From NCBI GenBank assembly GCA_030390025.1, contig CM059431.1, positions 97,714,001 through 97,778,000 of the forward strand: a stretch of 64,000 nucleotides of DNA, written 5' to 3'. This document shows positions 12,750 to 25,751 of this stretch, in pieces. Under the pieces are notes generated by a model. The model had not been told where the DNA came from and ran no database searches. It was given only the letters and a program-made list of their open reading frames with translations. The position numbers and the translations under genes were made by a program. The DNA comes from Squalus acanthias (Eukaryota). Position 1 is the stretch's first letter; each line of letters opens with the position of its first letter.

Positions 12750-13642
12750 GGGGTAAAAATTCAGTTGGTTGCGCCTCCCGTTAGCGCCTTAAGAGGGCGC
12801 TAATGGGGCGCAAAGCCGCTAACACCCGGGCGCAGCGATGTTTGCGCCGCTCGGGAACTTAACTAGAGATTGTGCGGCGGCGCTAAACTTTACCGCTGCG
12901 ACCACCTGCGCGCGCAGATTGTGACGTCATTCCATGGTGCAACGCCCTTGTGGCGCCCCGGAGCGGAAATTGAGTGGCGCCCCCTGCCTTACCGCCTGGC
13001 GCATCCAACGACCAGAAGACTGGAACGCTATCAATCGCTGTGGGGCTGGGGGGGGCGCTATTTAAAGGGGGCCTCTTCCTGTCTGTTATTGTTGGTGGCA
13101 TTTTTGAACTACACATTCTGAGAGCGAGAGGGAGAGACTTCTGGAGAGATTCAACGTTGTGTGAAGGAGTTTTGGGTATTGAGCAGCACTTTGCAGGTTC
13201 ATTTTGATTTGCCATTCCTTCTATCGATTTAGCAGAGACTGTGGGAGCTGCACTCTGAGCTCTTTGCCTGGTACTCTCCATTGTTCTTTCCAGCACATTT
13301 GATGTGCAAGTCTCTCCAGGCCGAGATTCAAGGCTGCAATGAACAGGATGTGGATGGAAAGCAAGATTAACCATCCCCTTTAAGAACTGGCCCGTGCCAT
13401 TGTGTGTGTGTTCCATTGCTGACTGACATTACATGAGCTTCGCCAGCGCTCTGAGGTAGCGCCTCACTCCTTGGCCTTTGCGCCTTAAGACAGGTGTGCA
13501 GCGCCTGATTTAGCGCTCCACTCACCTCCCGGGGCGGTAAAAGTGAAGTTTCCAGTCAGTGCCGATAATTAGCGCCAGGCGCTAATATTTGCGTCCAGAC
13601 GATATTTGCGCCCCAAATGGGGCGCGACCTAATTTTTCCCCC
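12750..13642. mobile_element. Non-autonomous Harbinger-type element (MITE)
   Basis: Imperfect TIRs GGGGTAAAAATT / AATTTTTCCCCC; 3-bp TSD TAT (12747-49, 13643-45); removal restores CR1-B sequence; many subterminal AGCGCC/GGCGCT motifs. Confidence 0.85.
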
Positions 13643-14004
13643 TATATGTTTCAATAAGATCGCCTCTCATTCTTCTGAACTCCAATGAGTAGAGTCCCAA
13701 TCTACCCAACCTCTCCTCATATGTCCATCCCCTCATCCCCGGGATTAACCGAGTGAACCTTCTTTGTACTGACTCGAGAGCAAGTATGTCTTTTCTTAAG
13801 TATGGACACCAAAACTGTATGCAGTATTCCAGGTGCAGTCTCACCAATACCCTGTACAACTGAAGCAATACCTCCTTATTTTTATATTCTATCCCCCTAG
13901 CAATGAAAGCCAACATTCCATTGGCCTTCTTAATCACTTGCTGCACCTGCATACTAACCTTTGGAGTTTCGTGCACCAGGACCCCCAGATCCCTTTGTAC
14001 TTCA

Positions 14005-17000
14005 TAGAAACATAGAAACATAGAAGATAGGAGCAGGAGTAGGCCATTCGGCCCCTCGAGCCTGCTCCGCCATTCGATGAGATCATGGCTGATCATCCAA
14101 ACTCAGTACCCTGTACCTGCCTTCTCCCCATATCCCTTGATACCTTTAGCTTTAAGAAATATATCTAACTCATTCTTGAATATATTTAATGACTTCGCCT
14201 CAACTACCTTCTGTGGTAGAGAATTCCACAGATTCACCACTCTCTGGGTGAAGAAATTCTTCCTCATTTCTGTCCTAAATGGTTTACCCGTTATCCGTAG
14301 ATTATGACCCCTGGTTCTGGACTCTCCCACCATCGGGAACATTCTTCCTGCATCTAGTTTGTCCAGACCTGTCAGAATTTTATATGTTTCAATGAGAGCC
14401 CCTCTCATTCTTCTATACTCCAATGAGTATAAGCCCAATCGACCCAATCTCTCCTCATATGTCATTCCTGCCATCCCAGGTATCAGCCTTGTGAATCTTC
14501 GCTAAACTCCTTCCATGGCAAGAACATCCTTCCTCAGATAAGGCGACCAAAACTGCACACAGTACTCAAGGTGTGGTCTCACCAAGGCCCTGTACAACTG
14601 CAGCAGGACATCCCTGTTCCTATACTCAAACCCTTTTGCTATGAAGGCCAACATACCATTTGCCTTCTACACCACCTGCTGCACCTGCATGCTTACTTTC
14701 AGCGACTGGTGCACAAGGACACCCAGGTCTCGTTGCACTTCCCCTTCTCCCAATCTATTGCCATTCAGATAATAGTCTGCCTTTCTGTTTTTGACACCAA
14801 AGTGGATAACCTCGCACTTATCCACGTTATATTGCATCTGCCACGCTTCTGCCCACTCACCCAATCTGTCCAAATCATCCTGGAGTTTCTCGGTATCCTC
14901 CTCGCAGCACACACTCCCACCCAGCTTTGTGTCATCTGCAAACTTGGAGATATTACATTTAATTCCCTTATCTAGATCATTAATGTATATTGTGAATAGC
15001 TGGGGTCCAAGGACCGATCCCTGCGGTACCCCACTAGTCACTGCTTGCCACTCAGAAAAAGACCCATTAATTCCTACTCTCTGCTTTCTGTCCACCAACC
15101 AGTTCTCTATCCAAGTCAATACCTTGCCCCCAATCCCATGTGCCTTAACTTTACACGCTAATCTCTTATGCGGGACCTTATCGAAAGCCTTTTGAAAGTC
15201 CAAATACACCACATCTACTGGTTCTCCCTTATCTATTTTCCCAGTTACATCCTCAAAAAATTCCAGTAGATTAGTCAAGCACGATTTACCTTTTGTAAAT
15301 CCATGTTGACTTTGTCCGATCCTGTCACTGTTTTTCAAGTGCTCAGCTATTACATCCTTTATAATGGACTCTAGCATTTTCCCCACTACCGATGTCAGGC
15401 TTACTGGTCTGTCATTCCTCGCTTTCTCTCTACCACCCTTTTTGAATAGTGGGGTAACATTAGCTACCCTCCAATCCATGGGTACAGTTCCAGATTCCAT
15501 CGAATGTTGGAAGACGATCAGCAATGCATCTTCTATTTCTAGGGCCACTTCCTTAAGTACCTTAAGATAAATTGACCCTTAGTGTTAGGGGGGATTAAAT
15601 ATGTGGGGTTATGGGGATAGGATGGGATATGTTAGGGGGAATTAAATACGTGGGGTTACGGGGGTAGGGTGGGATATGTGTACTGTGGGGATTAAAGCAG
15701 GGACAGGGTACTGGATTTGGATGATCAGCCATGATCGTATTGAATGGCGGAGCAGGCTCGACGGGCCGAATGGCCTACTCCTGCTCCTAGATTCTATGTT
15801 TCTATGTTTCTATGTTACCCTAGGATGTAGATTATCAGGCCCTGGGGATTTATCGGCCTTCAATACCGTCAATTTCCCTAACACCATTTGCCTGCAAATA
15901 CTGATTTCTTTCAGTTCCTCCCTTTCATCAGACCGTATGTTCTCCAACATCTCTGGGAGGTTATTTGTGTCCTCCTTTGTGAAGACGGAACCAAAATATG
16001 CATTTAATTGGGCTGCCATTTCTTTGTTCCCCATTATAACTTGTCCCGCTTCTGACTGCAAGGGACCTACACTTGATTTCACTAATCTTTTTCTCTTCAC
16101 ATATCTATAAAAGCTCTTACAGTCAGTTTTTATGTTCCCAGCAAGCTTACTTTCATATTCTATTTTCCCCTTCTTAATTAATCCCTTTGTCCTCCTTTGT
16201 TGAATCCTAAACTGCTCCCAATCCTCAGGGCTACCGCTTTTTCTGGCCAATTTATATGCCCTCTCCTTGGATCTTATTCTATCCCTAATTTCCCTGGTTA
16301 GCCATGGTTGAGTCACCCTTTTTGTTGTATTCTTATGCCACACTGGGATGAACAAATTCTGTAGTTCATCCATGCAGTCTTTGAATGTTTGCCATTGCCT
16401 ATCCACCGTCAACCCCTTGAGTGACATTCCCCAATCAATCCTACCCAATTCGCGCCTCATACCATCGTAGTTTCCTTTATTTAAATTCAGGACCCTAGTC
16501 TCTGATTCAACTACTTCACTCTCCATCCTAATGAAGAATTCGATCATATTATGATCACTCTGACCCAAGGGGCCTCGTACAACAAGATTGCTAATTAATC
16601 CTTTCTCGTTACATAATACCCAGTCTAAGATGGCCTGCTCTCTGGTTGGTTCCTCGACATATTGTTCCAGAAAACCATCTCGTAAACATTCTAGGAATTC
16701 CTCCTCCACAGTATTTTTACTAATTTGGTTAGCCCAATCTATATGTAAATTAAAGTCGCCCATGATGACTGCTGTGCCCTTACTGCATGCTTCTCTAATT
16801 TCCCTTTTAATGCCATCCTCAACCTCCGTATTACTGTTTGGAGGTCTATTTTCCACTCTCACTAACGTTTTCTGCCCCTTGTTATTTCTCAGTTCTACCC
16901 ATACAGATTCCGCATCATCAGAGCTAATATCCTTCCTTTCAATTGTGTTAATCCCCTCTTTAACCAGCAATGCTACCCCACCTCCCTTTCTTTTTTGCCT

Positions 17001-17022
17001 ATCTTTCCTAAATATTGAATAA
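14005..17022 (-). mobile_element. CR1 family A copy, 5'-truncated in APE
   Basis: ORFs 15810-17102, 14667-15548, 14103-14474; TSD TACTTCA at 13998-14004 and 17023-17029. Confidence 0.92.
15562..15816 (+). mobile_element. 5'-truncated SINE (HE1/V-SINE-like body) with CR1-derived 3' tail
   Basis: G-rich body, then AAAGCAGGGACAGGGTAC..GATCAGCCATGATC..(TCTATGTT)n matching the CR1 3' end; interrupts CR1-A in opposite orientation. Confidence 0.7.
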
Positions 17023-20000
17023 TACTTCAGTACTTTCCAGTTTCTTGCCATTAAGATAATAACTTGCTCTACTATTTTTCCTGCCAAAGTGCATAACCTC
17101 ACACTTTCCAGTATTGTATTCCATCTGCCAAATCTCTGCCCACTTACTTAGCCTGTCTATGTCCCCTTGCAGATTTTTTATGTGCTCCTTACTCACTACT
17201 TTCCCTCCCATCTTAGTATCATCTGCAAACTTTGATATGTTACACTCGGTCCCCTCCTCCAAATCGTTAATATAGATTGTAAAGAGTTGGGGACCCAGCA
17301 CTGACCCCTGCGGAACACCACTAGTTACTGATTGCCAGTCTGAGAATGAACTATTTATCCCAACTCTCTGCCTTCTGTTAGATAGCCAATCCTCTATCTA
17401 TGCCAGAATATTACCCCCAATCCCGTGATTTTTTATCTTAAGCAATAATCTTTTGTGTGGCACCTTGTCAAATGCCTTTTGGAAGTCTAAATACACCACA
17501 TCCACTGGTTCCCCTTTATCCACCCTGTGTGTTACTTCCTCAAAGAACTCCAGCAAATTTGTCAAACATGACTTCCCCTTCATAAAACTATGCTGACTTT
17601 GTCCTATTAAATTATGATTATCCAAATGTCCCGTTACTGTCTCCTTAATAATGGACTCCAAAATTTTACCTACCACAGATGTTAGGCTAACCGGTCTATA
17701 GTTTCCAGCCTTCTGTCTACTGCCCTTTTTAAATAAGGGTGTTACATTAGCAGTTTTCCAGTCTGCTGGGATCTTTGCTGAGTCCAGGGAGTTTTGGAAA
17801 ATTATTACCAATGCATCCACAATCCCTACCGCCACTTCCCTCAAGACCCTAGGATGTAAGCCATCACTCCAGGTGATTTATCCGCCTTGAGTCCCATTAT
17901 TTTACCGAGTACCACTTCCTTAGTGATTTTGATCGTGTTTAGCTCCTCCCCCCCTATAGCCCCCTGTTTGTCCAGTGTTGGGATATTCTTAGTGTCCTCT
18001 ACTGTAAAGACTGATACAAAATATTCATTCAGTGTATTTGCCATCTCCATATTTCCCACCATTAATTTCCTAGTCTCATCCTCTAAGGGACCAACATTTA
18101 CTTTAGCCACCCTTTTTCTTTTTATATAACTATAAAAACTCTTACTATCTGTTTTTATATTTTTTGCTAATTTACTTTCATAATCTATCTTCCCTTTCTT
18201 AATCAATCTTTTTGTTATTTTTTGCTGTTTTTTAAAGTTTTCCCAATCCTCTATCCTCCCACTAGATTTGGCTACCTTATAGGCCCTTGTTTTTAGTCAA
18301 ATACTATCCTTAATTTCTTTACTTAGCCACGGATGACTGTCTTTTCTTTTACACCCTTTTCTTCTCAGTGGAATATATATTTTTTGGAAGTTGTAAAATA
18401 ACTCCTTAAATGTACACCACTGATCATGTATCGTCTTACCCTTTAATCTATTTTCCCAATCCACTCTACTCAATTCCGCTCGCATACCTTCATAGTCTCC
18501 TTTATTCAAGCTTAGCACGCTTGTTTGAGATCCAACCTTCTCACCCTCTAATTGAATATGGAATTCAACCATGTTATCGTCACTCATTCCAAAGGGGATC
18601 CTTTACTAGGACATTTTTAATTAATCCTGTCTCGTTAAACTGGACCTGATGTAAGGTTGCTTGCCCCCTGGTCGGTTCAGTTACATACTGCTCAAGAAAC
18701 CCATCCCTAATACACTCAATGAACTCATCCACAAGGCAGCCCTGCCCAATTTGATTTGTCCAATTAATATGATAGTTAAAATCCCCCATAATTAAAGATG
18801 TTCCCTTATTACAAGCCTGAACTATTTCCTGATTGATACTCCATCCAACAGAGTTGCAACTGTTCGGAGGCCTATAGACTACGCCCACTAGTGTTTTTTC
18901 CCCCTTATTATTCCTTATCTCCACCCAAACTGTTTCATTATCCTGATCTTTTGACCCAATATCATTTCTCTGTATTACAGTGATTCCTTCCTTTATTAAC
19001 ATAGCCACCCCACCTCCCCTTCCTTCCTGCCTGTCCTTCCTGATCGCTAAATAACCTGGTATGTTTAATTCCCAGGCAAAATAGAATATGAGAGTAAACT
19101 AGCCAGAGAAATAAAAATAGACTGTAAAAGCTTCTATTGGTATGAAAAAAGGAAAAGATTAGTGAAAATAAATGTGGGTCCCTTACAGGCTGAGACAGGA
19201 GAAATTATAATGAGGAATAAGGAAATGACAGTGAAATTAAACAAATATTTTGTGTCTGTCTTCACAGAAGATGCAAAAAACTCCTGGAAATAGTGGAGAA
19301 CCAAGGCTCTAGTGAGAATGAGGAACTGAAAAAAATTAGTATTAGTACAAAAATAGTAATGGAGAAATTAATGGGACTGAAAGCCAATAAATCCCATGCA
19401 CCTGATGGCCTACATCCTAGGGTTTTGAAAGAGGTGGCTATAGAGATAGTGGCTGCATTGGTTGTCATCTTCCAAAATTCCATAGATTCTAGAACGGTTC
19501 CCACAGATTGGAAGACAACAAATGTAATCCCACTATTTAAGAAAGGAGGGAGAGAGAAAACGGAGAACTCCAGACCAGTTAGCCTGACATCAGTAGTAGG
19601 GAAAATGCTAGAATTATTATTAAGGACGTGGTAACAGGGCACTTAGAAAATAATAATAGGATTGAGCAGCGTCAACATGGATTTATGAAAGGGAAATCAT
19701 GTTTGACGAATCTGTTAGAGTTTTTTGAGGTTGTAACTAACAGAATAGATAAGGGGGAACCAGTGGATGTGGTGCATTTGTATTTTCAGAAGGCATTCGA
19801 TAAGGTGCCACACAAGAGGTTATTAAACAAAATTACGGCTCATGGAATTGGGGTAATATACTAGCATGAATTGAGGATCGGTTAACGGACAGAAAACAGA
19901 GAGTAGGAATAAATGGGTAATTTTCAGGTTGGCAGGCTGTAACTAGTGGGGTACCGCAAGGATCAATGCTTGGGCCTCAGCTATTCACAATCTATATCAA

Positions 20001-20944
20001 TGATTTGGATGAGGGGACCAAATGTAATATATCCAAGTTTATTGATGATACAAAGCTAGGTGGGAATGTAAGTTGTGAGGAGGATGCAAAGAGGCTTCAA
20101 GGTGATATAGACAGGCTAGGTGAGTGTGCAAGAACATGGCAAATGGAATATAATGTGGACAAATGTGAAGTTATCCACTTTGGTAGGAAAAATAGAAAAG
20201 CAGAGTATTTTTTAAATGGTGAGAGATTGGGAAATATTGGTGATCAGAGGGACCTGGGTACACGAATCACAAAGTTAACATGCAGGTACAACAAGCAATT
20301 AGGAAAACAAATGGTATGTTGGCCTTTATTATAAGAGGATTTGAGTTTTAGAGTAAAGACATCTTACTGCAATTATATAAGGCCCTGGTGAGACCACACC
20401 TGGAGTATTATGTCCAGTTTTGGTCTCCTTACCTAAGGAAGGATATACTTGCCATAGAGGGAGTGTAACAAAGGTTCACCAGACTGGTTCCTGGGATGGG
20501 GGGATTGTCCTATGAGGAGAGATTGAGTAGACTAGGCCTATATTCTTAGAGTTTCAAAGAATGAGAGGTGATCTCATTGAAACATACAGAATTCTTATAG
20601 GGCTTGACAGGGTAGATGCAGGGAGGATGTTTCCCCGGCTGGGGAGTCTAGAACCAGGGGTCACAGTCTCAGAATAAGGGGTCGGCCATTTAGGACTGAG
20701 ATGAGGAGAAATTTCTTCACTCAGAGGGTGGTGAATCTTTGGAATTCTCTACCCCAGAGGGCTGGTGATGCTCAGTTGTTGAGTACATTCAAGACAGAGA
20801 TCGATAGATTTTTGGATGTTAAGGGAATCAAGGGATATGGGGATAGTTTAGGAAAGTGGAGTTGAGGTAAAAGATCAGCCATGATCTTATTGAATGGTGG
20901 AGCAGGCTCCTAATTCTTTCTTATGTTCTTAATTGTCATTTGTC

Positions 20945-23865
20945 GGGAACGGTAGCATAGTGGTTATGTTACTGGACTAGTAATCCAGAGGCCTGGACTA
21001 ATGATCTGCAGACATAAGTTCAAATCCCACCATGACAGCTGGGGAATTTAAATTCAGTTAAATTAAATAAATCTGGAATAAATAAAAAGCTTGTACCAGT
21101 AATGGTGACCATGAAGCTATTGGATTGTCGTAAAAACCCATCTGGTTCACTAATATCCTTTAGGGAAGGAAATCTGCCGTCCTTACCTGGTCTGGCCTAT
21201 ATGTGACTCCAGACCCACAGCAATGTGGTTGACTCTTAACTGCCCTCTGAAATGGCCGAGCAAGTCACTCAGTTGTATCAAACCACCAGGAAAAACAATA
21301 AGAATAAAACCAGATGGACCACCCGGCATCAACCTAGGCACCGGATTCAGACATGGCAAAGGCACACCCAGCCCAGTCGACCCGGCAAAGCCCGCCTAAT
21401 ATCTGAGAACTTGTGCCAAAATTGGGAGAGCTGTCCCACAGACTAGTCAAGCAACAGCCTGACATAGTCATACTCACAGAATTATACCTTTCAGCCAATG
21501 TCCCAAACTCCTCCATCACCATCTCTGGGTATATCCTGTCCCACCGGCAGGACAGACCCACCAGGGGTGGTGGCACAGTGGTATACAGTCGAGAGAGAGT
21601 GGCCCTGGGAGTTCTCAACAATGACTCTGGACCCTATGAAGTCTCATGTCTTCAAGTCAAGCATGGGCAAGGAAACCTCCTGCTGATTACCACCTACCGC
21701 CCTCCCTCAGCTGATGAATCAGTACTCCTCAATGTTGAACACCACTTGGAAGAAGCACTGAGGGTAGCAAGGGCACAGAATGTACTCTGGGTGGGGGACT
21801 TCAATGTCTATCATCAAGAGTGGCTCGGTAGCACCGCTACTGACCGAGCTAGCCGAGTCCTGAGGACATAACTGCCAGTCTGGGCCTGCGGCAGGTGGTG
21901 AGAGAATAAACACGAGGGGAAAAAACCTACTTGACCTCATCCTCACCAATCTACCTATCACAGAGGCATCTGTCCATGACAGTATTGCCAGCAGTGACCA
22001 CCGTACAGTTCTTGTGGAGATTAAATCAAGATAGATTCTGAGCAGATCTAGCAGCTCAAAACTGGGCATCCATGAGGCACTGTGGGGCAGCAGCAGAATT
22101 GTATTCCACTACAATCTGTAACCTCATGGCCCGGCATTACCACCAAGCCAGGGGACCAACCCTCATTCAATGAGGAGTGTAGAAGAGCATGCCAGGAGCA
22201 GCACCAGGCGTACCTAAAAATGAGGTGCCAACCTGGGGAAGCAACAACACAGGGCTACATATCTGCTAAACAGCAGAAGCAGCATGCTTTAGATAAAGCG
22301 AAGTTATCCTACAACCAACGGATCAGATCAAAGTCCTGTCGTGAATGGTGGCGGACAATTACTAATGGGAGGAGGAGGCTCAACATCCCCATCCGCAATG
22401 ATGGAGGAGCCCAGCACGTGAGTGTAAAAGACAAGGCTGAAGCGTTTGCAACCATCTTCAGCCAGAAATGCCGAGTGGATGATCCATCTCGGCCTCCTGT
22501 GATCCCCACCATCACAGAAGCCAGTCTTCATTCAATTCGATTCACTCCACGTGATATCAAGAAATGGCTGAGCGCACTGGATACAGCAAAGAAAAAGGCT
22601 GTGGGCCCCGACAATATCCGGGCTGTTGTGCTGAAGACTTATGCTCCAGAACTAGCCACACCTCTAGCCAAGCTGTTCCAGTACAGCTACAGCACTGGCA
22701 TCTACCTGACAATGTGGAAAATTGCCCAGGTATGTCCTGTCCACAAAAAGCAGGACAAATCCAATCCGGCCAATTACCACCCCATCAGTCAACTCTCAAT
22801 TATCAGCGAAGTGATGGAAGGTGTCATTGCTATCAAGCTGCACTTACTCACCAATAACCTGCTCAGCAATGCTCAGTTTGGGTTCTGCCAGGACCACTCG
22901 GCTCCAGACCTCATTACAACCTGCGTCCAAACATGGACAAAAGAGCTGAATTCCAGAGGTGAGGTGACATCAAGGCAGCATTTGACTGAGTGCAGCAGCA
23001 AGGAGCCCTAGTAAAACGGAGGTCAATGGCTATCAGGGGGAAAACTCACCACTGTATGGAGTCATACTTAGCACAAAGGAAGATGGTTGTGGTTGTTGGA
23101 GGCCACTCGTCAGTCCCAGGACATCGCTGCATTCGCAACTCCTCAGACAATGATACGTGGCGAGTAACATTCATGCCACACAATGACCATCTCCAACAAG
23201 CGAGAGTCTAGCCACCTCCCCATGACATTCAACGGCATTACTATCATCAAATCCCCCACCATCAACATTGTTGGAGTTACTATTGACCAGAAACTTAACT
23301 GGACCAGCCACATAAATACTGTGGCTACAAGAGCAGGTCAGAGGCTGGGTATTCTGCGGCGAGTGTCACACCTCCTGACTCCCCAAAGCCTTTCCACCAT
23401 CTACAAGGCACAAGTCAGGAGTGTGATGGAATACTCTCCACTTGCCTGGATGAGTGCAGCTCCAACAACAATCAAGAAGCTCGACACCATCCAGGACAAA
23501 ACAGCCCGCTTGATCGGCACCCCATCCACAACTTTAAACATTCACTCCCTCCACCACCGGCGCACCGTGGCTGTAGTGTATACCATCTACAAGATGCACT
23601 GCAGGAACTTGCCAAGACTTCTTCGACAGCACCTTCCAAACCCGCGACCTCTACCACCTAGAAGGACGAGGGCAGCAGGCGCATGGGACCACGACCACTG
23701 CAATCTCCCCTCCAAGTCCATTCCTTCATCGTCACTGGGTCAAAATCCTGGAACTCCCTCCCTAACAGCACACGGACTGCAGCGGTTCGAGGCAGTGGCT
23801 CACCACCACCTTCTCAAGGGCAATAAATGCTGGCCTTGCCAGCAACACCCACATCCCAAAATTGA
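20945..23865 (+). mobile_element. Decayed Crack/Daphne-like (CR1/L2 group) LINE preceded by a tRNA-derived SINE-like 5' module
   Basis: A box TAGCATAGTGG (20953), B box GTTCAAATCC (21018); ORFs 21413-21871 (APE, WVGDFN), 22082-23011 and 23183-23869 (RT region); tail GGGCAATAAATGCTGGCC..CCCACATCCC. Confidence 0.8.
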
Positions 23866-25052
23866 TTGATAATTAAATAAGCAAACTTACAGCAGTGAGA
23901 AGCTGAGGTGAAAGTTTCGCTGCAGTGCAGGCTGAGCTGAAAGATGCAAAACTGAGGCACTACAGTGCCACCACTGGTGGGAGGGTGTAATTACAGCATG
24001 ACAAGTTTACATAGGCAGTTTCCATTATAAGTGAAGATGTGGGAATTTATGTAAAAGTGTGACAAAAACCCAACAGGAAGTAAGATTTTAAATATATGAA
24101 GTGGACAGTCACAAGGTTTGTAATATATTATGTAAATATGGATATTTCTGTGCTGTAACATTCCAGATATATAGTCACATTTACATAAAATCACTTTCCA
24201 AACCTCAGGGCCTCTGCGACTTGGGCTCAATCCTTGCTGAGAGAACTCAAACAGGCAGACTCAGAGTCCGACCATCGCCTCCTACCGCTCAGAGGAGGGA
24301 TATTGCGAGCTTCGGCTGATGGGAAAGGGCGGGATGTGGGCTACGGTCGGAGAGAGCAAATCCGAACAACCTGCACAGGGAAAGCTGTAGGTGCAGGTTC
24401 ACTGACTCCCAAACTACTGGTTGGGAAAGTGGAGAGAGCGTTGCCTCGGAATGGTTAGCCCCACCAGTGCCCCTCAGCCATTGGACGAGGCAGAAATCAC
24501 ACACACAACTGCCAGGCATTTCATTTGTCATTTTTTTTATATATCACAGCTGTACAGTTTCTGTTAACAAGTTAACAATAAAATTATTTCTTACAATATG
24601 GTGAAACCCCTATGCTGATGAATCGTACACTATACATGAAAAGCTCGCACCTGTACATTTATACAGCGTCTGAGAAACTAAAAAAAAGTAGCTATTTCTG
24701 ATAAATATTTTAATAAAACCAATTCCTCCTCTTTATTTTTTTTTGTCCTGGTGGGGATGAAGTGTTGTTAATAAATGAACCATGACGTTTTTTTTATAAT
24801 TTTCCCAAGAAAGTGTGTTTTATTTTACAAAACAAAAGAAGTCCATGAACTGGACACGAGACTTAAAAACCGGGGCTCCTTTAATCCCCCCTCGTTACTG
24901 GCAAAAAAAAATTAAAAATAACTGGTCTCCAGAAGGAATGGCTCCTTTAAAAGACACTCCAACCATCCTTTCACCTAAAGAGGCAAACGTTTTAATAATA
25001 AATATACATTAATTTGTGTTGCTGTACAGATCGCGGAAGGCTGGTGCTTGAA

Positions 25053-25747
25053 CTACCTGGTGTAAGCCCTTTCCTTTTTGGATTTCTCCAGCGCTTTGTC
25101 CATGGTTTTCTCATTCTCTCCCCTGCATTTGGGACAGTACCATTTGCCCTTGGGCTTGTGGTTGAGACTCACGCAGGAGAAGTGGAACCACTCGATGGGA
25201 CACTCATCATTGTCGCAGCCAATCATCTCCCCGTAAGAGACCTGGTTGCACAGGCAGTAAGTGGGCTCGTTGGGGTCAATGGGCAGGTCCGCGGGAGACG
25301 CTTCCCTCTCCGCCTTGGCTTTAGATCTCTTCTTCTTCTTGGAGGTCTTGGCCTTCTTCTCCTTCGGCGTTCCCGCGCTGGCCTCCTCGTGGTCGTGGTT
25401 GCTGGACGCGTTCTCCCGGTTCTCGTTGTTCCGCTGCCTCCTGGACCTCTTGGCGCTGGGCTTCTCCACCGGCACCGCGCCCTCGCTCCTGGACCTGTCC
25501 AGCGAGGACTTGTTGTTGGCGTCGTTGCTCTCTGCGCAGTTTTCGAAGAGCTCGACATGGCTGTCCACCTGCCGGCTTCGGTTCTCCACCAGCTCCACCA
25601 TCTGGTTCACGATCTGGATCTTCTCGTCGCCCAGCTCCTGGCTCCGGATCAGAGCCCGTTGGATGAAATGGAGGATCCGCCTGCGCTGAACCACATCCGT
25701 CTCCCTCTTGTGCTTCTCGTAATATTCATCCAGCTCCTTCAGTATGT
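25053..25747 (-). CDS. ING1: Inhibitor of growth protein 1, coding exon 2 (NLS + PHD finger, stop)
   Basis: ..[68 protein letters not shown]..; acceptor CAG at 25750-25748; phase-1 join to exon 1; total CDS 831 nt = 276 aa. Confidence 0.97.
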
Positions 25748-25751
25748 CTGG

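Larger units (their letters stand above)
12246..19077 (-). mobile_element. CR1 family B copy hosting a MITE and a CR1-A insertion
   Basis: ORF fragments 18580-19008, 17841-18206, 17398-17844, 17008-17301, 13629-14000; same double 3' tail as 5737-5977. Confidence 0.9.
12060..20930 (+). mobile_element. Older CR1 (family D) in two pieces, 12060-12245 and 19078-20930
   Basis: ORF fragments 12046-12246, 19293-19634, 19628-19864, 19966-20334; AAAATA duplicated at 12240-12245 and 19078-19083. Confidence 0.85.

Noticed and set aside
23960..23982. CTCF-like motif
   Set aside because: Core spacing does not fit the consensus
24265..24355. Imperfect inverted repeat with an AGC-TTCG-GCT tetraloop downstream of ING1
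   Set aside because: Stems are short and mismatched; no RNA family motif recognised
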